Source of the DNA: Kiritimatiellia bacterium
GTDB taxonomy: Bacteria > Verrucomicrobiota > Kiritimatiellia > CAIKKV01 > CAITUY01
Direction: 5' to 3'
Assembly: GCA_038330175.1 (NCBI GenBank)
Contig: JBBQNS010000005.1
Location: forward strand, 20 to 64,019
Length of the DNA stretch: 64,000 nt
In this document: positions 19,746 to 29,087 of the stretch, in pieces
Position numbering within the stretch: position 1 is the first letter of the stretch
Layout of the letters: each line of letters begins with the position of its first letter
Position numbers and translations under genes: made by a program
The notes under the pieces: model-generated
Seen by the model: the letters and a program-made list of their open reading frames with translations, nothing else
Databases searched by the model: none
Told to the model about the DNA's origin: nothing

Positions 19746-20792
19746 CTAACGTTCATGCTGCACCGCAGCAATCAGAAGGTCGGTTATTTTCTGCGGCGGT
19801 AACACGAAACGGGCTGCACCCAGCCGGATCGCTTCGGCCGGCATGCCGAAAACCACGCAGCTTGCTTCGTCCTGGGCGACGGTGAGCGCACCCTGGTCGG
19901 CCAAGAGTTTGAGTTCCTCGGCGCCGTCCCGCCCCATGCCGGTCAGCAGCACACCGATTGCCCGGCGGCCAAACCGTTCTGCCACCGACCGGAACAAGAC
20001 TGCGACGGATGGCCGCAACCCGTATAGTGGCGCGTCCCAGGTCGCTTGCAGCTCGCCCGCCAGGCCGACCCGCAAGTGGTGGTCGTCGGGAGCAACGTAG
20101 ACGTGACCGGGAAGCGGCATCTCCCCACCACGCGCAACATGCACCGGCAAACTGGAGGCGGTGGCGAGCCATGCAGCAAAACCGCCTGTGAAACCCGGGG
20201 AAATGTGCTGGACGACAAGAATCGGAGCCGGGAAGGTGCACGGCAGGCCGGACAATATCTGAAAGATAACCGGCGGGCCACCCGTGGAGGCGCCGATGGC
20301 AACAACGGCGGTATCATGGCGAATGAAGTCGGGTAACAAGGGCGCGACAACAACCGGTGCCGCACCGGGGGTTCGATTCCAGCGCCGCACCACCTTGACC
20401 TCGGACATCAACTTGACCGTTTTAATCAACTCGGCGGTTTGAACTTCGGCAGCAGGATCGCCAAAACCCATGGGCTTCTTCAGCACGGCGAGAGCGCCGG
20501 CCTCCAGAGTGCGCATGGCCGTATGACTGTCGCCAAAACTCGGGCTACCCGTGCAGATGACGATGGGCACCGGATGGGTCGCCATGATCTGACGCGTCGC
20601 CTCGAAGCCGTCCATCTTCGGCATGTGGATGTCCATGAGGATGAGGTTGGGCTGGCACTGTTGCAGGTACGCCACAGCCTCCTCGCCGGTCGAAGCGGTG
20701 GCCATGACCCGTATATCTGGATCGCAGCTGAGGACATAAACCAAGTAATCCAACACCACGCGGGAATCCTCAACTATCAGCACGTCAATCAT
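19746..20792 (-). CDS. cheB: chemotaxis response regulator protein-glutamate methylesterase
   Basis: 348 aa; N-terminal REC, C-terminal CheB methylesterase (GASTGGP, catalytic region); 4-bp overlap with cheA. Confidence 0.9.
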   Translation of the reverse strand: MIDVLIVEDSRVVLDYLVYVLSCDPDIRVMATASTGEEAVAYLQQCQPNLILMDIHMPKMDGFEATRQIMATHPVPIVICTGSPSFGDSHTAMRTLEAGALAVLKKPMGFGDPAAEVQTAELIKTVKLMSEVKVVRRWNRTPGAAPVVVAPLLPDFIRHDTAVVAIGASTGGPPVIFQILSGLPCTFPAPILVVQHISPGFTGGFAAWLATASSLPVHVARGGEMPLPGHVYVAPDDHHLRVGLAGELQATWDAPLYGLRPSVAVLFRSVAERFGRRAIGVLLTGMGRDGAEELKLLADQGALTVAQDEASCVVFGMPAEAIRLGAARFVLPPQKITDLLIAAVQHER

Positions 20793-23014
20793 AGCAGCCT
20801 CCGGATGATTTCAATGAGGTTGCTCTGGTCAAAATCGCTTTTGACAATATAGGCGTTGGCTCCGACCTCGATGCCATATTCGCGGTCTTTCTGTGAGCCG
20901 AGCGCCGTTACCAGCAACACTGGCAACTCGCTAAGTTTTTTGTCGGCGCGGATCCTGGCGGTAAGCTCGAACCCGTTCAGGCGCGGCATGTCCACATCCG
21001 AGACCAGAAGGTCGAACGGCTCGGTCTTGAGTCTGGTCAGGGCGTCCATCCCATCCACGGTGGCCACCACCTCGTACCCGGCACCCTCGAGAATGGTCTT
21101 AACCAAGGTCCGGGCGGTGATGGAGTCCTCGGCGATCAGCAGCCGCCCTTTGCGTTTCTCCGCAGAACCATTTACCGAGCCCACCGGCCCCGGAACACCG
21201 GCCGTGGTGGCCGATTCCACCAGATCAAGGGCATCGAGGATGGGAATGACGGCGCCACTGCCCGTGATGGCGGCGGCGGCGACGTTGCGAACCTGCGCGA
21301 GTTGCCGACCGAGGCTTTTGACCATCACCTCCTGCTCTCCCAGCACGTCGTCAACGAGAAAGGCAACCTGTCGGTCTGCAGCGCGGATCACCACCACCGG
21401 ACGGGCCGCTCCGTTGGAACGTCCGTCCGGCCCGGAGAGCGCAAGAATGTCCCTTAGGCATACGAGCGACACGGCGACACCACCTAACGCGATGGTCTGG
21501 CGGCTCTCGACCGTCTTGATTTCGTCGGCTTTGACGCGCGCCACGCGAACCACGCTGGCGGTCGGAATGGCAAAACGTTTGCCCGCCACGGCCACAAACA
21601 CTCCACGGAAGGTCGCCAGCGACAACGGCACGAGAAGCCGAAATACCGTTCCGGCGCCGGGTGTCGAGGTTACCGAAACCGTACCACCGAGTTTCTCGAC
21701 CTTCTCGCGCACGATGGCCAGGCCCAATCCCCGACCGGAGAGATCAGTGATGATCGGGCTCGTAGAAAGGCCGGAGTTAAACACGAGTCCGGTTACCTCG
21801 GCATCGGTCAGGTGGACGGCTTCATCGGTCGAGACAAACCCGAGTCGAACGGCGGCCTTCCTGACCCTCGCGGACTCGATCCCGACACCGTCGTCACCTA
21901 CCGTGATCTCGACCCGGTTCCCGGGGACTGTCGTCACCGTGAACGTGACCACCCCGCGACTGGGCTTGCCATGCACCTGGCGTCCTTCCGGCTTTTCGAG
22001 GCCGTGATCGACCGCGTTGCGCAGCAGGTGGATGAGTGGATCCTTGAGTTCATCGAGGACACGCCGGTCGATCTCGATGTCTTCCCCGTGAATGATGAGG
22101 TCGGCCTCTTTGTTTTGCTCCCGCGCCAGATCGCGCACCAGCTTGGGAAAGGCAGAGAGAAGGTATGAGCAGGGAAGGAGCAACACCTTCTTCATATCCT
22201 CAAGAAGGCTGTCCGCGATGGCACCAAGCGCGCGGGCATCCTGATGCGCGGACCGGGCCAGGGTGCGGAGCGAGTTCTCGAGTGCCCTCGTGTAGAGCAA
22301 CTCGGACTCGATCAGTTCGCTTCCGGTGGGCGCGCCTTTCTGGATGCGGCGCTGCCTTGCGGCCAACCGAACGCGACCCTGGTTCCAGTGGCTGACACTG
22401 GCCGCGAGGTCGCGAATCTCGGTGGCGTGTCCACTCGCAGTAATCCTGGCGCCCACCAGTTCTTCGGCTTCGCGCAGAATGGCGCCGAGTTTCTGGGTGG
22501 AGACACGGACGGTCTCCAGCGTAGCCGCAGGCGTCGCCGCTTCACTGGCGACACGGAATTGAGGCACACTTGTTTCCGCCGGAGATTCCGGTTTCTTGGC
22601 TGGGGTGATCCGAACGATTCTACGGAGCGACTGAAGCGTCTGGTTTTCCTTCCCTTGGGCTTCCGGAGATGACGTTTCACCTGGCTTCGCACACAGCACT
22701 GCCAGCACATCGAGCGCAGGATGGATGACGTCGAGTAGCGTCGTGGATAGCGCGAGTTCTTCACGCTTCATGGCCGCAAAGATGCTCTCGAGTTCCATGC
22801 AGAACGCCTCCACGCCGGGGAGACTCACTGAGCGCGCCGCGCCCTTAAGCGAATGGGCCTCCCGGAAGATGCGCTCGACGATGGGCACGCGCTCTACGTC
22901 GCTGGCACGTTCGACAGCCACGAGCCCCGCAGCGATGGCCGCGATGTGTTCAGCCGCTTCGCCTTGGAAGATCTCACGCAATCGCGCCAGGAATTGTTCT
23001 TTCTTTAGGTCCAT
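20789..23014 (-). CDS. cheA: hybrid CheA histidine kinase with C-terminal receiver domain (WspE-like)
   Basis: 741 aa; N-terminal HPt (HSLKGAARS), HATPase_c, CheW-like domain, C-terminal REC (LLIAEDS...D). Confidence 0.9.
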   Translation of the reverse strand: MDLKKEQFLARLREIFQGEAAEHIAAIAAGLVAVERASDVERVPIVERIFREAHSLKGAARSVSLPGVEAFCMELESIFAAMKREELALSTTLLDVIHPALDVLAVLCAKPGETSSPEAQGKENQTLQSLRRIVRITPAKKPESPAETSVPQFRVASEAATPAATLETVRVSTQKLGAILREAEELVGARITASGHATEIRDLAASVSHWNQGRVRLAARQRRIQKGAPTGSELIESELLYTRALENSLRTLARSAHQDARALGAIADSLLEDMKKVLLLPCSYLLSAFPKLVRDLAREQNKEADLIIHGEDIEIDRRVLDELKDPLIHLLRNAVDHGLEKPEGRQVHGKPSRGVVTFTVTTVPGNRVEITVGDDGVGIESARVRKAAVRLGFVSTDEAVHLTDAEVTGLVFNSGLSTSPIITDLSGRGLGLAIVREKVEKLGGTVSVTSTPGAGTVFRLLVPLSLATFRGVFVAVAGKRFAIPTASVVRVARVKADEIKTVESRQTIALGGVAVSLVCLRDILALSGPDGRSNGAARPVVVIRAADRQVAFLVDDVLGEQEVMVKSLGRQLAQVRNVAAAAITGSGAVIPILDALDLVESATTAGVPGPVGSVNGSAEKRKGRLLIAEDSITARTLVKTILEGAGYEVVATVDGMDALTRLKTEPFDLLVSDVDMPRLNGFELTARIRADKKLSELPVLLVTALGSQKDREYGIEVGANAYIVKSDFDQSNLIEIIRRLL

Positions 23015-23039
23015 GTGACTCTCCGGTGCGCTCCGTGCG

Positions 23040-24656
23040 TCACCCCTCCACCTTCTGCCGCTCGACTAACACCTTCAGCTTCCCGCCTAGCTCTTTGAGG
23101 TTCCGCGCCGACGTTTCGAGTTGCTGGGTTCCTGCCATATTCTGGGTGGTCGCTTGCCGGATGTTGGCTATGGCCGAGGCGATCTGATCCATGCCGACGA
23201 GTTGCTGCTGACTGGACGCGGCGATCTGGATGGCGGCCTGCGCGGCCTCGCCGACGCTGCCCGTGAGCACGCGGATCGACTCGCCCGCTTCGGTGGCCTG
23301 TTTAACCCCGGCCGCCACCGCCTTGGTCCCTTGTTCGGTGGCCATGACTGCGGCGCTGGTGGCCTTCTGCACCTCCATCAGGATGGTGCGTACTTGGGTT
23401 GTAGCCTGCCGCGATTGCTCAGCCAGACTCTTGACTTCCTGCGCCACCACTGCGAAACCCTTGCCAAACTCGCCCGCGCGGGTCGCCTCAATGGCCGCGT
23501 TGACCGCCAGCAGGTTCGACTGCTCGGCGAGGTCGTTGACCGTCGCGATGATCTCGCCGATGGTCTGGCCCTGCTCACTCAGCCGCACGACGCTTTCGGC
23601 GATTTCCTCCATCTGCTCACGAATGAGGTTCATGCCTTCGAGCGTCTCGGTAACGGCTTTGCGGCCGGTTTCGGACACAGCCGCGACCTTCTGAGCACTC
23701 TCCTGAACATTCTTTGCCTTCTGGTTGGACAAATGGGCGGTCTGCTTCACCTCTTCGGCGGTGGTACTGGTCTCGCTAACGGCGGTGGCAGTCTCGGCCG
23801 CACCTGCGGCAACTTGGGAAACGGTAGCGAGAATCTCCGCCGAGGACGAGGCGAGAACACCGGCTCCTTGGCGAAGTTCAAGATTCATATCGCGCAGGTT
23901 CTCGATCATGATCCGCAGCGCCCGCTGCAGCGCGCCGACTTCGTCCGACCGGTCGTCGGATTCAACCCGAACGGTCAGGTCGCCTGCGGCGACCCGCTCA
24001 GCCACACCGGTGATCGCGCCGATAGGCTTTGCAATGGAGCGCGTCAGTACCACCCCCCCACCCACCAATGTTACGATCGAAAGCAAGGTTCCCAGCACGA
24101 TGAGCAGTTTCAAATACTTCACACTGGATGCGGACTCGTTTTGGCGCTTGTCCAGGAGCTTCTGCTCGTCGACCTGCATCTGACTGACCGCAGCACGGAT
24201 CTCGCCCATAACGCTCTTTCCCCTGCCGGAACGAATGATCTCCAAAGCGGCCTGGAGGTCTTTTGTTCGCCTGATCTCGATCCCCTCGTCGAGAATCTTG
24301 AACCTGGCTGCCACCAACGGCTCGATGGAATTAAGGCGATTTTGCTGCACAGGGTTGTCGGCGGTCAAGTCCCTGACGCTGACAAAGGATTTTCTGAAAT
24401 CCTCCTTCCCCTTGAGATACGGCTCGAGATACAAGTCGTCACCGGTGATGATGAATCCACGGTTACCTGTCTCGGCGTTCAGGAGATCGATAATGACACC
24501 GTCGAGCGCGTGGATCACCGCGTGCGTACGCATCCCCCAATTATTATCTTCGGTATTGGTTTGAAACCCCTTGTACGTGCAGACAGCCACAATGGCGAAT
24601 GTCACAACGGCGACCGCAAGTGCGGTAACGATCTTGGTTCCGATTTTCCAGCGCAT
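23040..24656 (-). CDS. methyl-accepting chemotaxis protein (two TM, periplasmic sensor, HAMP)
   Basis: 538 aa; TM1 near N-terminus, TM2 ~res 185-205, HAMP then MCP signalling domain with conserved hairpin region ([38 protein letters not shown]). Confidence 0.9.
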   Translation of the reverse strand: MRWKIGTKIVTALAVAVVTFAIVAVCTYKGFQTNTEDNNWGMRTHAVIHALDGVIIDLLNAETGNRGFIITGDDLYLEPYLKGKEDFRKSFVSVRDLTADNPVQQNRLNSIEPLVAARFKILDEGIEIRRTKDLQAALEIIRSGRGKSVMGEIRAAVSQMQVDEQKLLDKRQNESASSVKYLKLLIVLGTLLSIVTLVGGGVVLTRSIAKPIGAITGVAERVAAGDLTVRVESDDRSDEVGALQRALRIMIENLRDMNLELRQGAGVLASSSAEILATVSQVAAGAAETATAVSETSTTAEEVKQTAHLSNQKAKNVQESAQKVAAVSETGRKAVTETLEGMNLIREQMEEIAESVVRLSEQGQTIGEIIATVNDLAEQSNLLAVNAAIEATRAGEFGKGFAVVAQEVKSLAEQSRQATTQVRTILMEVQKATSAAVMATEQGTKAVAAGVKQATEAGESIRVLTGSVGEAAQAAIQIAASSQQQLVGMDQIASAIANIRQATTQNMAGTQQLETSARNLKELGGKLKVLVERQKVEG

Positions 24657-24684
24657 GAGCCTTCTCCTTTTTGATTTTATCCGT

Positions 24685-25290
24685 TCACTGAGTTACCTGT
24701 TTGTTGCCCTTGAGGCCGGTGTCGTTGAGCAAGCGACCCCCGTCGAGTATGGCCAGCCTCTGGCCGGTGATACCCTTAAGAAACTTTTCGCGAATTCCGG
24801 TGAGCGTGGGCAATCCCACCTGCAACGTCGCCGCCGTCACTGAACGCACGCCTTCAATGGAGTCCGCGAGCAGACCCAGTTCGTCTTCGCCACGGCTGAG
24901 AACAATAACCCGGTTGAGTTCGGTGAGGCCTCTGACCGGCAGTTCGAAAAACTGGCGTAGGTCGACAATCGCCAGGATCTGGCCGTGTAGGTTCATGACA
25001 CCGGCGATAAAGGGCGGGGTGCAGGGCACGGCCGTAAGGTCTCGTAGCTGGCAGACTTCGCGGACATACCGGCTCTCGACGCCGTAGGTTTCGTCGGCCA
25101 GCGAAAAGGCCAGGATATCCAAACGCGCGGTGTCGTCCGGCTTCGACGGCGGCTTGGCCGCCGCTCGCGCCCGGGCCTCGAGAATGCGTTTCGCTGCCTC
25201 CGGACCGCAGCCGATGTTCCCCGCCATCGCGCTCGTGGCGGACGCCAATCGGCGATGGATGGCGTCCCAGTCTATGACGCGTGGCTGCAT
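24685..25290 (-). CDS. cheW: CheW-like coupling protein
   Basis: 201 aa with CheW domain; within che operon. Confidence 0.75.
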   Translation of the reverse strand: MQPRVIDWDAIHRRLASATSAMAGNIGCGPEAAKRILEARARAAAKPPSKPDDTARLDILAFSLADETYGVESRYVREVCQLRDLTAVPCTPPFIAGVMNLHGQILAIVDLRQFFELPVRGLTELNRVIVLSRGEDELGLLADSIEGVRSVTAATLQVGLPTLTGIREKFLKGITGQRLAILDGGRLLNDTGLKGNKQVTQ

Positions 25291-26699
25291 TATTGTACTC
25301 CTATGTAATCACTCATTGCGCGGACAGACTCTAAGAGCCGGCCACAGGTCATGCCGTCGGATTCGGGCAGAACCTCGTTCTGGCTCCGGGCCGCGAGGAG
25401 TTGAAGGGCAACGGCGAGGTGGCGCTTGGATTCTTTTTGTTTGCCGAGCCGATGGTAGAGCGCGCCCAACGCATGGTGGGCAAGGATAAAGTCCTGGTCG
25501 AGGTAGAGGACTTTGCCGAATGCTTCAACGGCGTCCTGAAGCCGACCGAGTTCGTGGAAGATTGTCGCGCGCAGGAAGTGGGCGGCGGGTTTGGTAGGCT
25601 CGGCCTTGGCGGCCCGCTCACACCACGTGAGCGCCTCGTCGAGTCTGCCCTGATTGGCGCAGAGGCGTGCCAGCACCAGAGGGTCTTCACGGGTTGACCC
25701 GGTGCCTGGCATGATCAGCGCGATGGGCGGAGTCGGCGTGATCGGCACAACCGGCACAGGCATCGCTGGCGCGACGAAATCGGCGGGCGCGGGCTCCGGG
25801 AAAGCGGGTGCGGGGGAGGCAAGTCCCGGCCAGGATTCGCCTCGGCTCGGTCGTGTTCCCTTGCGGCAGACAATGACGCCATCGATATTCTCCACGGCAA
25901 ACATCGGGAACAGAGAAGCACTGGCTTCGGCGGGATTGACAATCAGACAGCCACCGTCAACGAGAGAACGGTGCAGCGCCGCCACGACTCGCCGCTGGTG
26001 GTCGGGAGTGAAGTACATGATGACGTTTCGGCAGAAGATCACGTCCATGGCATTGGTATGGTTGTGGAGCGACGGGTAAGCGTCTTCGGCCAGGTTGAGG
26101 AAGGTGAAGTGGATTAGCTTTTTGAGGCCCGGCTCGATCATGTACTTCTTGTCCGGTGCGGGAGAGAAGAACCTGTCGCGCAGTCCTGCTTCGGTGCCTC
26201 GGAACGACCATTCGGAGTAGACGCCCGCCTCGGCCTTGGCGAGGAACTTGGGATTGATGTCAGTTGCCAGGATCGAAACGTTCCAATCGCGCAGGTTGGG
26301 AATGATGCGCGTACAGCTCATCGCGAGTGAGTACGCCTCCTCTCCGGTGCAGCACCCGGCGCTCCACAAACGCAGGGTCCGGCCCATGTCGGTGCGTTTC
26401 GCCACGAGCGGGGGCAGGATCTCCCGCTCAAGCAGCTCGAAGCTCTCCGGGTTCCGGAAGAAGTAGGTCTCGCCGATGGTCAGGTGACTGGCGAGCGTCT
26501 CAATTTGCCGGACGGTGAGTTCTCGGGTCGTGAGCCAGCGTGCGCAGTCGTCGAAAGACTCGAAGCCGAGTTCCGGGCCGGCCGTCTTGATGCCGCACGC
26601 CAAGTCGGGCCAGCGCTCTTCGGGGAAATGCAAGCCCATCCGCTCGGCGATGAAGCCGCTCACCTTGCTGAGGACCGCTCTTTCGCTTACGGGTGGCAT
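25290..26699 (-). CDS. cheR: chemotaxis protein methyltransferase CheR with C-terminal TPR repeats (WspC-like)
   Basis: 469 aa; CheR SAM-binding motifs (LRLWSAGCCTGEEAYSLAM), Pro-rich linker, C-terminal TPR. Confidence 0.88.
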   Translation of the reverse strand: MPPVSERAVLSKVSGFIAERMGLHFPEERWPDLACGIKTAGPELGFESFDDCARWLTTRELTVRQIETLASHLTIGETYFFRNPESFELLEREILPPLVAKRTDMGRTLRLWSAGCCTGEEAYSLAMSCTRIIPNLRDWNVSILATDINPKFLAKAEAGVYSEWSFRGTEAGLRDRFFSPAPDKKYMIEPGLKKLIHFTFLNLAEDAYPSLHNHTNAMDVIFCRNVIMYFTPDHQRRVVAALHRSLVDGGCLIVNPAEASASLFPMFAVENIDGVIVCRKGTRPSRGESWPGLASPAPAFPEPAPADFVAPAMPVPVVPITPTPPIALIMPGTGSTREDPLVLARLCANQGRLDEALTWCERAAKAEPTKPAAHFLRATIFHELGRLQDAVEAFGKVLYLDQDFILAHHALGALYHRLGKQKESKRHLAVALQLLAARSQNEVLPESDGMTCGRLLESVRAMSDYIGVQ

Positions 26700-26702
26700 G
26701 GG

Positions 26703-27170
26703 TCAGCCGACTCCTTTCTCGGGTTCGCCGGCAGGGGAGCTCAAGGCGCGATCAATCGCCGTCTCCTCTTCGACGGAGAGCAGGCGATTGAGGTCGTGGA
26801 TCAGAACAAGTCCATCTTCGAGCTTGATCGCACCGGCAACGAACTCAAGCCGTGGCAGGATCTCACCCGCAGGAATGGTGTTCTCGTCCGTGGTCTCGAC
26901 CACCCCTTTCGTTTCATCAACCAACAGAGAGACGGTTCGCTTCCCGGTCGTGGCAACCATAAGATGATCGGACAAACGAATATCACGCGGCGGGTGGTTG
27001 AACCGTCCCCGCAGGTTGATGACGGGAATGACCTCGCCGCCGAGATCGATGATGCCCATGACGAGCGGGGGCGCCTTGGGAAGCGGCGTAATGGCAACGA
27101 CCCGAATGACGCGCCGCACGCAGGCGAGATCCAGCGCGTAACGCTGGTCGTCCAGAGAGAAGACCGCCAT
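26703..27170 (-). CDS. cheW: CheW-like coupling protein (first gene of che operon)
   Basis: CheW domain begins MAVFSLDDQRYALDL; the longer ORF to 27206 (MAEMISMKTKRHM...) is encoded by a remnant of a response-regulator 5' end. Confidence 0.75.
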   Translation of the reverse strand: MAVFSLDDQRYALDLACVRRVIRVVAITPLPKAPPLVMGIIDLGGEVIPVINLRGRFNHPPRDIRLSDHLMVATTGKRTVSLLVDETKGVVETTDENTIPAGEILPRLEFVAGAIKLEDGLVLIHDLNRLLSVEEETAIDRALSSPAGEPEKGVG

Positions 27171-27199
27171 ATGTCGTTTTGTTTTCATTGAGATCATCT

Positions 27200-27620
27200 C
27201 GGCCAACAGGTGGAGGTTGGCAGTGCAGGGTTATCAGTAATTATCAGGATATCCGCATCTATTCTTGTTTAGTCTTCCTCTTTCCAGAGCCTCTGCCAAT
27301 CGGGGGATGGAGCATAAATGCCTGCGAATTTCCTTAGTCCCTTACGACCTGAATCAATCGAATTATGGTCATGATTTGGGCAAGAAGAGAATTTGAACAG
27401 CCTCCTTCGCCAGTAGGTTACGGCGAGCCGAGGAAGCTCAGTAGAGTAGAGAAGGGGAAATAATTGCGCCTGCGGTGTACTCGCCGCTGGCGCCTTTGCG
27501 TGCTTCGTGTGCTTCTGTTAAATTTCTTCTTCTTAGTTCCGGCTACGCTGGATTAGGAATGCCGCGTAAGGTTATTCGACGTTGAAAATAGGAGTTTACC
27601 CCATAGCCGTTTGAGTTCCT
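27200..27620. repeat. second copy of kinase-3'/leader/RR-5' junction, interrupted by a partial family-B MITE (27440-27525)
   Basis: see 18340-18510; RR start remnant DNPA-LPTSTCWPR (frameshifted) at 27207-27262; kinase C-terminus remnant ...LKRLW with stop codon mutated (TAA->TGG). Confidence 0.7.
27440..27525. repeat. partial, inverted copy of MITE-like repeat family B
   Basis: reverse complement (GAAGCACGCAAAGGCGCCAGCGGCGAGTACACCGCAGGCGCAATTATTT) matches 51711-51770 almost exactly; one terminus only, with 7-bp internal duplication. Confidence 0.6.
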
Positions 27621-27661
27621 TCGTGCAACACTGTACCCAGGAACAATAAGGAGATCTTGAT

Positions 27662-28000
27662 ATGAACATGAATGGTATGAAGGTTTTAGGTGTGGTTGTA
27701 GTCGTTGGTGCTGTGATGGCCGTAGGATGTGGTAAGCGTTCAGAGTCCACGCCGGGAACGGCTGAAAAAGCCGCGGCTGCCGCTCAGAGCGCCGCCGAAA
27801 AGGCCAGGGAAGCCATGAATAACGCGGCGGAGCGAACTGGTGAAGCGGCGAAAACCGCTATCGAAAAATCCGATGAAGCGCTGAAGAGTGCTGCGGATGC
27901 AACGCAAAGCGTGACCAGTCAGGCAGTCATCAGGACGGGCGAAGCCATGGAAAAGGCGGGCGAGGCCATGGAAGATACCGGCAAGAAAATGCAGGAATAG
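27662..28000 (+). CDS. hypothetical alpha-helical lipoprotein (Ala/Glu/Lys-rich repeats)
   Basis: signal peptide + lipobox MAVGCG; low-complexity helical repeats. Confidence 0.55.
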   Translation: MNMNGMKVLGVVVVVGAVMAVGCGKRSESTPGTAEKAAAAAQSAAEKAREAMNNAAERTGEAAKTAIEKSDEALKSAADATQSVTSQAVIRTGEAMEKAGEAMEDTGKKMQE

Positions 28001-28922
28001 GCCCGTTCACATTTGCTCCTCCCCTATCCTTTTGTGGGAGGGGCGCCTGCTCTTGCATGCATCTCTGCGCGGATGCAAGTGTCTTCCGCTCACACAAAAC
28101 GTGCGTAAACTCTGCGCCGAAGAGCACAAGAAGCATTGAGTAGTAGACCCATACTAGGAAGACCACCAGTGATGCCGCTGCCCCATAGGCTGAACCCACT
28201 GCACTGTTGCCCAGATAAATGCCGATACCCCACTTGCCAACTGTAAGGAGCGCAACGGTGGCAAACCCGCCGATCCAGGCGCAGTTCGCATCGACCTTCG
28301 TATCAGGCAGATACCGAAAAATCAGCGAAAAAAGCAAACCGAGCAAGGCAGTACTGAACACCATGTTCGCCAAAGAGGAGATAATCCCGAGTCCCGGCCA
28401 GATTTCTGCCAAGTAGTGTTGGAACCCCGCAAGTAAAGCGCTGGCGATGAGGGAGACCACCAGAAGAAACCCCAGAATCAGAATCAGTGCCAAAGACAAA
28501 CCCCGAGAAATCAGGAGATTTTTCAAGGTGCCTCCCTTGCGGGAGGCTGAGGTAACCCCCCATATTTTATCGAGGGCTGACTGGAGCTCAACAAAAACAG
28601 CGGTTGCACCCACGAGCAACATTACTAAGGATATAATCACGGCCCACACCGATTTTCCGGTGGTAAATTGGGTGCTCTCAAGGGCCTGCTGGACCACTTG
28701 AGCACCGTCTCCCCCAGTCAAACCCCGCACCTGCGCAACGAGCTGATTACGAGCGAGTGAGTCTTCATAAAACAGCCCAGCCACCGAAGTGGCGATCAGA
28801 AGCAAGGGCGAGAGAGAGAGCATGGCGAAAAAAGCCAAGGCCGCGCTTAATCGTGGCGCCTTGTTCTCCAACCAATTGCTACCTGTCTGCTTAAGAATAA
28901 GCCAGGCCGTCTTTAGGCTCAT
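27930..28922 (-). CDS. YihY/BrkB family inner membrane protein
   Basis: 330 aa from MSLKTAW; multi-TM YihY-like sequence (formerly ribonuclease BN annotation family); ORF extends further 5' to 28982 without support; 3' end overlaps convergent lipoprotein gene. Confidence 0.7.
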   Translation of the reverse strand: MSLKTAWLILKQTGSNWLENKAPRLSAALAFFAMLSLSPLLLIATSVAGLFYEDSLARNQLVAQVRGLTGGDGAQVVQQALESTQFTTGKSVWAVIISLVMLLVGATAVFVELQSALDKIWGVTSASRKGGTLKNLLISRGLSLALILILGFLLVVSLIASALLAGFQHYLAEIWPGLGIISSLANMVFSTALLGLLFSLIFRYLPDTKVDANCAWIGGFATVALLTVGKWGIGIYLGNSAVGSAYGAAASLVVFLVWVYYSMLLVLFGAEFTHVLCERKTLASAQRCMQEQAPLPQKDRGGANVNGPIPAFSCRYLPWPRPPFPWLRPS

Positions 28923-29087
28923 GTGCCGCCTTTCAGGAAGAAAAGAATCAGCAATACCGGAATCGGTAGGCCTGACAGCCATACCAACCTCCAGCCAACT
29001 TTCCCTGGTGCTTTTGTACTCATAGAGCTGATTCTTTCACAAGCAAACCCTTGTTTTAGTTTATCGTTATAGAATACCGCAACCCCT

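Noticed and set aside
27553-27750. 65-aa ORF upstream of the che operon
   Set aside because: It is encoded by the decayed kinase-3' remnant and flanking MITE sequence, not an independent gene.
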